Shown here piece by piece: positions 8,101 to 15,106 of a stretch of DNA of 25,575 nucleotides. How positions within the stretch are numbered: position 1 is the stretch's first letter; every line of letters starts with the position of its first letter. The notes beneath the pieces were generated by a model. It had not been told where the DNA came from. It worked only from the letters and a program-made list of their open reading frames with translations, and searched no databases. Source of the DNA: Candidatus Baldrarchaeum yapensis. GTDB lineage: Archaea > Asgardarchaeota > Baldrarchaeia > Baldrarchaeales > Baldrarchaeaceae. The position numbers were made by a program, and so were the translations under genes. Location of the stretch: contig JAEOSH010000026.1 in the NCBI GenBank assembly GCA_016840465.1, positions 1-25,575 of the forward strand. The letters are read 5' to 3'.

Positions 8101-9328
8101 CTTTTATCAAAACGGTACATTCTATTAGGTCATCTCTGTCGAAAACTATGAATCTTCCCTTGGACACTTCATGAAGATAATGTCCGGCTCTGCCGACTCG
8201 TTGCAGCCCCTTTGCAACGCTCTTTGGGCTTCCTATTTGTATTACCAGATCAATGTATCCGATGTCGATTCCGAGTTCAAGTGAGGTAGAGGTGACCACC
8301 GCCTTTAGTTCTCCGCGTTTTAGTTTGTCCTCAACGGTCAATCTTGTGTCTCGCGATAGGCTTCCATGGTGAGTTGCAATGTAGTCTATTAATTCGTCTC
8401 CTATGAACTGCTTGAGGTGGAAGGTAACGCTTTCGGCGCCGCTTCTTGTATTCGTAAATATCAGTGTGGTTCTATGCTTCTTCACGAGGTCTCTTATCAA
8501 TTCGTACATTCGGGCGTTAACATACGCGTAATCGGATCTTATTAGGTCCTTGACCGGGCATACGACCCTTATATCCAGTTTCTTTGTCTCATACACGTCG
8601 ACAATGGCGACATCTCTAAGTTCACCATCTTCCCTGTAACCCACAAGCCACTTTGCGATTTCCTCGAGTGGAGCCTGTGTTGCACTTAAACCTATTCTGA
8701 TGAACTCCCTGCCTATCATCCATCTTAGTCTTTCCAAGGAGAGCGAAAGATGTACCCCCCGTTTGTTATCGCATAGCTCATGTACCTCGTCCACTATAAC
8801 GTACCTGACAGTTGAAAGCTTTTGGCAGAACTTGGGAGCGCATAGCACTATTGCTAGGCTTTCTGGGGTTGTTATAAGGATGTGCGGTGCTTTTCTAAGC
8901 ATCTTTGCTTTTTCGCTCGATGAGGTGTCACCTGTACGGACGAACACTCTAATTTCCGGCAGTTCTATTCCCATCTCTTCGGCGACTTTGCGAATTCCCT
9001 CGAGCGGGAAAAGTAAGTTCTTTCTTATGTCGTTTGCTAGGGCTCTTAAGGGTGATATATACACGACGTAAACGCCATCGCCGAGTTCTCCCCTCTCTCC
9101 TAACTCGAAAAGCCAGTTTATTACAAATAGGAACGCGGCCAGAGTCTTCCCACTTCCGGTTGGGCTGAAAACGAGAACATTCTTTCCCTCTTTAATCAGG
9201 GGTATCGCCCGCCGTTGAGGAGGAGTGAAGGTTTCGAAGGTGCGGCGAAACCACTCTGCCACGTAAGGCCTAAGCATTGCAAGTATTTCCTCGTCGCTCC
9301 AGTCCCTGTTGACATATATTATTGCCAC
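5102..9328 (-). CDS. lhr: Lhr-family SF2 DEAD/H helicase with a long duplicated AlkZ/HTH_42-like winged-helix C-terminal extension (1408 aa)
   Basis: FTPPQ, PTGSGKT (Walker A), YISPLRAL, DEVH, GLSAT, HHGSLS, LELGIDIG, QRVGRAGH, LDVLAQHI, GRRVNDAL. The core of ~880 aa is followed by two 264-aa repeats. GGTGA RBS upstream of the GTG start. Confidence 0.95.
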   Translation of the reverse strand: MAIIYVNRDWSDEEILAMLRPYVAEWFRRTFETFTPPQRRAIPLIKEGKNVLVFSPTGSGKTLAAFLFVINWLFELGERGELGDGVYVVYISPLRALANDIRKNLLFPLEGIRKVAEEMGIELPEIRVFVRTGDTSSSEKAKMLRKAPHILITTPESLAIVLCAPKFCQKLSTVRYVIVDEVHELCDNKRGVHLSLSLERLRWMIGREFIRIGLSATQAPLEEIAKWLVGYREDGELRDVAIVDVYETKKLDIRVVCPVKDLIRSDYAYVNARMYELIRDLVKKHRTTLIFTNTRSGAESVTFHLKQFIGDELIDYIATHHGSLSRDTRLTVEDKLKRGELKAVVTSTSLELGIDIGYIDLVIQIGSPKSVAKGLQRVGRAGHYLHEVSKGRFIVFDRDDLIECTVLIKAAYDGKIDRVQIPKNCLDVLAQHIVGMSINAKWDIHDAYKLIRCSYCYHDLSWDDYLSVLRFLGGEYAPLEYAGVYRKIWLDLSEGKFGRKKSSRMIYFLNVGTIPEEAEFKVIDKDTGMKIGMLSEKFLERLNPGDVFVLGGKTYEYLTTSGMTVFVRSAFGKRPTVPTWVGEMLPRSFDLSIEVGKFREEVVRRLLTEGEDSVREWLVREYYLDEYAANSIINYFLEQLRFSGKIATHRVILIEEFFDDSGKQHIIFHAPFGRRVNDALSRAYAYKISNLIRANVGTAVNDDGFLLVLPSDKRMDIHEIPELLNWRELREVLRRAVKNTELFRRRFQHVAARSFMILKRYKGVEISLSKQQLRASRILDLISEWEDFPVVKETYREILEDVFDVQNAEYVLREIERGNIRFDFLHSHDVPSPFAHGILLVGISDVVIMEDRQTLLRELHRKVLQRISEKMERIPVSPVIFPRDIVERVIMQRQHLTEETMARSPDDLLTILFDVGALPEDEIVRRVHAENDKKAREIVRQWLGMLEEEGKVIQVRCLKYKKPCYIPMARYPVYYAAFRKISSLSRIENNVLRYLRTVGKATEEQIAGDLNLDVKTVKKALKSLEEAYLVHRRKRKKNGKYTTKNLWCARESIVPPAILESAENYDVALAKREAIMTFLRNNGPSTLEEIERYTRIPAEEISKILSSLEMGGEILSGKFVDYKPTPQVISRDMYEELSNLTFIAIPAEVIEKFYARRSRLTEDSLGTTKDDIVRILKDCGPLNALMDKEPSLKKRMKMNMEEIQNATRELWRERKVLWIRCLRGLQPLWIVTEEYPIFRRVYEQNIPLNDLDRRILDTIKAEGPQTIIQLKKKLKAKISDVRVSLQRLESNFLIIRVDTIKDEKGKTMIVWDLPERVLPAEILERYQSLTRRLAQKKLIEKFLWFNGPSTVDEICEWSGLNEDEIRELLNQLEMEGKVVSGYYLKYKPDKQWVLRSDIELLKSYNTST
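5105..6688 (-). repeat. Intragenic tandem duplication of a ~792-nt (264-aa) module, visible at protein level
   Basis: FPRDIVERVIMQRQHLTEET vs IPAEVIEKFYARRSRLTEDS, and FLRNNGPSTLEEI vs FLWFNGPSTVDEI, are each offset by exactly 792 nt (for example, Gly codons at 6080-6082 and 5288-5290). Confidence 0.9.
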
Positions 9329-9487
9329 GGAGCATGTTCACCCCATGTGACGGACAGGTATTCAGAAATATCCACTAATCCACTGTTATAAATTCTTGGA
9401 TTACAGGGAAGGATGGAATTAATATTGGGAACTTATCAGTTTAACTATTGGGACTAAAAGTTAGAATTTTCGCGTGGAGGACAATTG

Positions 9488-10291
9488 ATGGCAGAAAGCA
9501 CGCGCATCACGCTCCATAAAGGTGATGTGGAGATTGCATCAGGAATTCCCGCAATATTTGTGAAATCGATAGGCGCGGTCGTCATAGCGGATCTTCATAT
9601 TGGTTACGAGTGGGCGCTTGGTCAGCAGGACATTCATCTTCCGTTATCACAGTTCCCCGAGATGCTTGACGATATCAAGAGGCTTATCGAAACATACGAT
9701 CCGGATATACTTATAATAGATGGCGATCTCAAGCACGAGTTCAGTAAGGCGACTGCGCAGGAGTGGAGGGAGGTTCTAGATCTGCTCCATTTCCTCGACA
9801 AAAACATTCGAAAAACGTACGTTGTACGGGGCAACCATGACAATTTTATAAGGGGTTTCTTCCGGCGATACGAGCACGTGGATTTCGTGGAACCCTACTT
9901 ATTACTCGAGGATTACATGTTCTTGCATGGTGATAAGGAAATTCTCGACATCAATTCGCGAAAGGACGAGTATGAGGTTCTAGTAATAGGGCATGAGCAT
10001 CCCTCCATGATAATAGTGGACGAGGTCGGTGCTAGGGTCAGACTGAAAGTTTTGATGACGGGTCCTATGAAAATAGGACGAGAATTAATAGTGTTGCCAG
10101 CGTTTTCTCCGATAATGAGCGGAGTCGAGGTTGTGACAATAAGAGTTGGTGCGGGTGGTTTTGCCTTACCACAGAGTCAATTTCTATCCCCAATTTTGAG
10201 AAATTATACAGAGATAGGCGAGATGAGGGTTATTGGAATCGATAAGGAGGGAGGCGTGCTTCCCTTCCCGAAAATAGCCGATCTTTTATGA
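9488..10291 (+). CDS. Calcineurin-like metallophosphoesterase (COG1407, Lhr-associated type)
   Basis: ADLHIGYE, DGDLKHEF, RGNHDNF, LHGD, GHEHP, LPAFSP. GGAGG RBS at 9476-9480; divergent from lhr. The ORF track starts at TTG 9485. Confidence 0.9.
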   Translation: MAESTRITLHKGDVEIASGIPAIFVKSIGAVVIADLHIGYEWALGQQDIHLPLSQFPEMLDDIKRLIETYDPDILIIDGDLKHEFSKATAQEWREVLDLLHFLDKNIRKTYVVRGNHDNFIRGFFRRYEHVDFVEPYLLLEDYMFLHGDKEILDINSRKDEYEVLVIGHEHPSMIIVDEVGARVRLKVLMTGPMKIGRELIVLPAFSPIMSGVEVVTIRVGAGGFALPQSQFLSPILRNYTEIGEMRVIGIDKEGGVLPFPKIADLL

Positions 10292-10292
10292 A

Positions 10293-10787
10293 TTAGGATG
10301 TTGGCGTTGCCCTTGCCATACTTCGCAGCTTTTCAAGTTCCTTTCGCATCTCGCTTTTAAGTTTTTCAAGGACATCGAAACTTGGAGACTTAACCGATAT
10401 GCTTTCTATCGGAGGTTTAGAAGGTGTTGTACTTGGCGGAGCCGGCGCAAGCGCACCTCTACCCTCACTAGGCGATATAGAGGGCGTTCGTGCTGGCGCT
10501 TTTATAGCGGGACTTGGCGCAGGCGCAGCTATTGGAGGTTTCACACTCCGCAATTCTCTTACTACGTCTTCCATTTTACTCAATCTACTTTCGAGGTCGG
10601 AGATTCTGTCTTTTAGCGACTGTATTACAGGGAATTGATCAGCAAGCTTTTCTAATCTTCTCAGTCTACCATCTATGTCGTTTAACGCGGTTATTACCAT
10701 TTTTATGAAGCCTTCTATTATCTCACCTATCTCGTCGAGCGTTCGCGGCTTCTTCTGCGCTGCCCTTTTCCTACCAAATACCGATAT
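10293..10787 (-). CDS. Hypothetical protein: N-terminal coiled coil, Pro/Ser/Ala-rich linker, C-terminal amphipathic helix
   Basis: ORF track 10293..10700. The frame stays open to TAG at 10802-10800, adding ISVFGRKRAAQKKPRTLDEIGEIIEGFIK. AGGGGGT RBS lies 7 nt before an ATA codon at 10787. The start is uncertain (alternative ATG 10700). Confidence 0.7.
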   Translation of the reverse strand: MSVFGRKRAAQKKPRTLDEIGEIIEGFIKMVITALNDIDGRLRRLEKLADQFPVIQSLKDRISDLESRLSKMEDVVRELRSVKPPIAAPAPSPAIKAPARTPSISPSEGRGALAPAPPSTTPSKPPIESISVKSPSFDVLEKLKSEMRKELEKLRSMARATPTS

Positions 10788-10868
10788 CCCAGTAACCCCC
10801 TAACTTGAGCAATCCCATTACTTGATTTCTGTCAGCCAAATTTATACTTTTACCTTGCTGATATAGTG

Positions 10869-12839
10869 TTAACCTAGTATATATAGGATTTGTGAGGCTA
10901 GATTAATTCCAAATCTATAAACGTTTTCCAAGCTTTTAGCATTTCTAGCAAGAGGGTACATACTCCCATGATACCTAGACCTGAACACCTGTAAGCATCT
11001 GCGTGCGAACTCATCGACCCTCTTCAATACTCTGAGGATCATTGATCGCGTGGGGACGCGCAAGAGGATTTTATCTCCTTCTTTTCTAAGTTCCGAACAC
11101 CTATGACGAACAACATCACATAGGGATACGAAGCTTATGCAGGGGAGTGCTCCTAGCAAAAGTAGCACTGCTGAGAGAAATTTGTATGCCTCAGCGATGA
11201 ATACATCGATAGAAAATCTAATATCGCCGTTCGTTAGCAAATCAAGTGCATATTTGAAGCTCTCGATCGATTTTCTCATCACATTGGCGCATATGTCGAG
11301 AACTTTTTTACGAAATGAATTTTCATCCCTAGAGGCCTCGAAAAGTTGTGCGAAGTATGGAACAGCACTTGACAGTATCGCTCTTATGATTTCAAGAATT
11401 AATTCTTCGGGCACACATAGTGGTGTTTCATCTCTTATTGCGACAACTCTGGGTACTAGTGTCATGAATAGAGACCTTAAGCCCTCGTATATTTGGGATG
11501 CTAGAGATTCGACCATAGACTTGCTCGCTTTCAATGGAATTTTTGATAAAAAGTTGCGTGTGACGAGCATTTCTATGGTCGTTCGACTGAAAGGATACAT
11601 GTGGCCGTTCTTGGATTTAATGACTAGGAAGTCTTGTGTCGATACGTAATATTGATACCTTGTTGAGAACTCTCCCGTTCCGTCAATGCTATCCAGCGCC
11701 CTGCAGACGCTCCAAACTATCTCATCAGATCCTACAATTGCGGATCCTCTCAGAGAGTTCACAATACTGTCAATGACCGATAGGGCTATTGAGACGTCTA
11801 TATTTGCACGTATCAGCGATTCGAGAATTTTTTCGTACGAAAATTTTGATAGTTTTCCATCACGTAACACTACATATTTCTTTTCCGAACTCAATGTGTC
11901 GAACAGTTCTTTTATTGGATTTTTTAGCCTCCCTACGTAATTTTCTTCCCAAAAACTCAGTATTCTTTCAAGTTCTCCTATTAATGCTTTACCTTTTGGT
12001 AGTATTTCCACCCACCTGTTGGATCTCTTGACAATCTCTGCGTTCTCGAGTTTTTCTAGCATACTATTAACCAAGGAAGGATCATGATACTGCTCAATAT
12101 CGAGTATAGGGAAGACTTTCTCGTATAGAAGGCCAAGATCACCTTCATACATGTGTAGCAGGAAGAGTAGAAGATAAATAGTTGCGGTTTCATTCCCGAA
12201 ACTTTCTAGTTTGTTTGCAACCTCCTTTAGATCCTCATATAAGTCCAGAAGCCATGAACCGATGGTGGATAATCTTATAATGTCTCGTTCTACCTTTTCG
12301 ACGACCCCGAGACTTTCCAAGCGTTGCATTATTGATGCATTAACAGAAATATCCGTAGATGTGGAAAGATCCGGAACTTGAGAGTAAGGACGCTTCGAAA
12401 GTTCTGTTAGAAGTTTATGAACGTAGGGGTCACATTCCTTTATAAGAATCATTATATCAATTATGAGCCTTAGGCTCTGTAACTTCATCAACAAGTCTAC
12501 CTTTTCATCGGAACTAAGGTCCTCGTCCTCGACCTGACTTACCGATATCCTATTCATGATCATTCCCTGTTTTTTAAGGAAATTTCCCAAATTCTCCTCC
12601 AAGATTTTCATCGCCGACTCGGCGGATTTTTTATCTATGGCCTTAATTACGAAAATTGCCTCCATTTCGTCCTCTATTATCTTCCAGCCCCTGATACGTG
12701 CCCCTACCTCTCTTACTTGCGCTTCCACTTCTTTCATCAGTTCTTGGAGGTCGTAAATTATTTTCCTGTCAAAATTGTTCAATTGATAAATGGCGGTGAG
12801 CATGTATCTTTTCGAGCGATTGCCGCTATATGAATACAT
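10869..12839 (-). CDS. Unrecognised multidomain protein: ferredoxin/ACT-like N-terminus, two winged-HTH, two ATP-cone-like domains, HEPN-like C-terminus
   Basis: wHTH wings MQRLESLGVVEKVERDIIRLSTIG and LEKLENAEIVKRSNRWVEILPKG; ATP-cone KYVVLRDGKLSKFSYEKILESLIRANID; second cone-like LVIKSKNGHMYPFSRTTIE; HEPN-like AEAYKFLSAVLLLLG...FRSRYH. Alternative start ATG 12803. The gene is certain, the domain calls are by eye. Confidence 0.6.
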   Translation of the reverse strand: MYSYSGNRSKRYMLTAIYQLNNFDRKIIYDLQELMKEVEAQVREVGARIRGWKIIEDEMEAIFVIKAIDKKSAESAMKILEENLGNFLKKQGMIMNRISVSQVEDEDLSSDEKVDLLMKLQSLRLIIDIMILIKECDPYVHKLLTELSKRPYSQVPDLSTSTDISVNASIMQRLESLGVVEKVERDIIRLSTIGSWLLDLYEDLKEVANKLESFGNETATIYLLLFLLHMYEGDLGLLYEKVFPILDIEQYHDPSLVNSMLEKLENAEIVKRSNRWVEILPKGKALIGELERILSFWEENYVGRLKNPIKELFDTLSSEKKYVVLRDGKLSKFSYEKILESLIRANIDVSIALSVIDSIVNSLRGSAIVGSDEIVWSVCRALDSIDGTGEFSTRYQYYVSTQDFLVIKSKNGHMYPFSRTTIEMLVTRNFLSKIPLKASKSMVESLASQIYEGLRSLFMTLVPRVVAIRDETPLCVPEELILEIIRAILSSAVPYFAQLFEASRDENSFRKKVLDICANVMRKSIESFKYALDLLTNGDIRFSIDVFIAEAYKFLSAVLLLLGALPCISFVSLCDVVRHRCSELRKEGDKILLRVPTRSMILRVLKRVDEFARRCLQVFRSRYHGSMYPLARNAKSLENVYRFGINLASQILYILG

Positions 12840-13701
12840 ACAGATGATCCTCCGCGTAAAATCTATCGATATTTATTCCACCTCGTATTTTCATTAGATT
12901 TCGCTGCCTTAAAATTATATTTAAGATTTTATTTCGCTCCTTCAGATCAAGATCCTCGGATGTTCGGGAGAGGAGTTTTAGGGGGACGTTTACGAAAAGG
13001 GGGCGTGCTGGTATTATGTGGCGTGTCGTCTTTGGAGGGAAGACTTCTCCTCTCAGGGCGACTTCCACGACATCCTTCTTGGCGATGGGGGGTGTTGCCA
13101 TGATTGCGTTGGCACCTGATTCTCGTAACGCAAGTGCATCCGCCTGGTAGGTTATCTTTGCGCGAAATGTTGTCGTTAATATTCTTTCTAATCTATACAC
13201 TTCGTCATAAAGGGCCTTTATGCTCAATGTTTCTTCAGGTAATATCAGAATTGCGCTTTTCCTCTGTTTTAACATTATTGCCGCAATTGCATTCTTAGAA
13301 TTCAATTCTTCCATTGCGACGTCGATATTGCATTTTTCTGTGCAATATTCCTGCGAGATCTTACTTACCATGTCATCTATTGGACCTTCCAGCCAGATCT
13401 CTCGATACCAATTACGGACTTTAATGTGAGGGTCTTCATATCTCACGAGGCAGGCGACAATGTACTCATAACCTAGCTCTCTTAGGGCGTAGTATCTATG
13501 CATTCCGTCTAATATAACGCGGGTTCGTTCATCAACTATTATTGGATTCATGAGGATAGAGGATCTTTTTATTTCCTTTACCAGTTTTTCGAGGAGGTGG
13601 GGTACTACCATCTCATGAGGATAGAGATCAGTCAACTTTAAAATGGATATTTTGAGCGTGAATATAGTGTGATCCGGGAGAAGGTGATTAATTACGAACA
13701 A
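12826..13701 (-). CDS. serK: SerK-like ParB/Srx-fold protein (putative ADP-dependent free serine kinase) with C-terminal extension
   Basis: LYPHEMVV, NPIIVD, LDGMHRYYAL, VRNWYR, RGEVFPPKTTRHIIP match the motifs of Thermococcus SerK (PHE, DGHHRW, FSPKTTRH). GAGGTG RBS before TTG. Confidence 0.72.
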   Translation of the reverse strand: MFVINHLLPDHTIFTLKISILKLTDLYPHEMVVPHLLEKLVKEIKRSSILMNPIIVDERTRVILDGMHRYYALRELGYEYIVACLVRYEDPHIKVRNWYREIWLEGPIDDMVSKISQEYCTEKCNIDVAMEELNSKNAIAAIMLKQRKSAILILPEETLSIKALYDEVYRLERILTTTFRAKITYQADALALRESGANAIMATPPIAKKDVVEVALRGEVFPPKTTRHIIPARPLFVNVPLKLLSRTSEDLDLKERNKILNIILRQRNLMKIRGGINIDRFYAEDHLYVFI

Positions 13702-13765
13702 GTTTGTAGCACCTCATCTGTTCTAAGTAAAGATTTGAACGTATTTATCAAAAAGTTGACGAACA

Positions 13766-14776
13766 ATGGCGGTGCCTGATATGCGAAAATTGCATTTAGA
13801 GTACAATGGCGGAATACTTTTAGAATACCAAGAAAAACGCATTCTGATAGATCCTCACGGGAAAACGGTGAAAAACCCCGATATTGTGATAGTTTCTCAC
13901 GCCCATAGTGATCATAGTAGCGGAATCTGGAGTCCTAGGCTCAGAAGTGCATATAAGATAATGAGTCCGGCAACGAGGAAAATACTTGAGAGGCGGAGAG
14001 GGAGAAAACTTACAAACGTCATTGAATTGTCCGAGGGAGAATATTTGGACATTGGAAGCATCAGAATTCATACAGAAACTGCCGGACACTGTGCGGGCAG
14101 TTTGCAATTTCTCATATCGTTTAAAAATTTGGATGTTGTTTACAGTGGTGATTTTTGCCTTGAAAGGAGAGTAATTTTGAATGCGTGTCGGCCGTTAAAG
14201 GGTGATGTGCTGATCATGGAGGCTACGTATGGCAATCCGAGATACATATTTCCTCCTCGCACCACGTTATATACGCGTTTTAAGAGTTGGCTGATGGAAA
14301 TGTTCGAAAAATATCAGGGAGTGATCGTAAAATGTCGAAGCTTAGGCACCGCACAGGAAGTTACAAGGCTCATTTCGGAGCTTAAAGGAGCCCAGATATT
14401 TGCGCATGCTTCAATAGCTGAGATGAATAGGGTACACGAAGAGTACTATAACAACTTAGGGGAGTATTACGAGTTTTGCGGTAACTTAGATTATATGAGT
14501 GGGATTCTGCTGGTGCCCCTAGGGGCTAAGATGAAGATTAGAAATCAAAGTCTTGTGAAGTCCTTTGTAAGTGGGCGTTTTGCAATATCTGGTTACAGAT
14601 ATTCCTTCCCAATAAGTTCACACGCGGATTTTGTCCATTTGATAAAGTACGCGCGGGAAAGCCAAGCAACTGATGTTTTTACGGTATACGGGTATGCTGA
14701 AGACCTTATTACTTATCTGCACGACGAACTTGGAGTTTCGGGACACCCCATTAAAAGAAGAAAATTGATGAAGTAA
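13766..14776 (+). CDS. Metallo-beta-lactamase / beta-CASP nuclease (similar to the ligase-associated DNA-damage-response exonuclease family)
   Basis: SHAHSDH, AGHCAGS, YSGDF, DVLIMEATYGNPRYIFP, SLGTAQE, ISSHADF. No KH domains, so not aCPSF1. Confidence 0.85.
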   Translation: MAVPDMRKLHLEYNGGILLEYQEKRILIDPHGKTVKNPDIVIVSHAHSDHSSGIWSPRLRSAYKIMSPATRKILERRRGRKLTNVIELSEGEYLDIGSIRIHTETAGHCAGSLQFLISFKNLDVVYSGDFCLERRVILNACRPLKGDVLIMEATYGNPRYIFPPRTTLYTRFKSWLMEMFEKYQGVIVKCRSLGTAQEVTRLISELKGAQIFAHASIAEMNRVHEEYYNNLGEYYEFCGNLDYMSGILLVPLGAKMKIRNQSLVKSFVSGRFAISGYRYSFPISSHADFVHLIKYARESQATDVFTVYGYAEDLITYLHDELGVSGHPIKRRKLMK

Positions 14777-14807
14777 CCTAGTAGGAATGACGGGTAATCT
14801 GAGTTTC

Positions 14808-14936
14808 TTATTCCTCTTTTTTAAGTTTTTCTTTAAGTTCTTGTATGACCTCCTTCATTCCTGATTCTTCGAGCCTTTCTTCGATTTCTTCCTTGGTGAT
14901 GACGGGGCTTTCTTTCTTTTCCTCACTCTCACTCAT
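14808..14936 (-). CDS. Small charged helical protein, 42 aa (not in ORF track)
   Basis: ATG 14936 to TAA 14808: MSESEEKKESPVITKEEIEERLEESGMKEVIQELKEKLKKEE. GGGGTG RBS at 14948-14943; TTATAA ~35 nt upstream; codon and amino-acid usage like neighbouring genes. Confidence 0.65.
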   Translation of the reverse strand: MSESEEKKESPVITKEEIEERLEESGMKEVIQELKEKLKKEE

Positions 14937-15106
14937 TAGTGACACCCCACTGGTGTGCTCCTAGTAGTTATAATGAGAGATGCAATTTTTATCTTTATGT
15001 TGTCTTGTGAACGTATATTAACAAAGATAGCGTTTGAGAAGTATATCCGTCAATATTATGAAACTATCGACAAAGATTTTGGATCTTTCCAGCAAAAATT
15101 CTATGT

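Noticed and set aside
14777-14967. 8-nt direct repeat CCTAGTAG (14777-14784, 14960-14967) flanking the small ORF, like a target-site duplication
   Set aside because: An 8-mer match within ~200 nt is not unlikely by chance, and there are no terminal inverted repeats.
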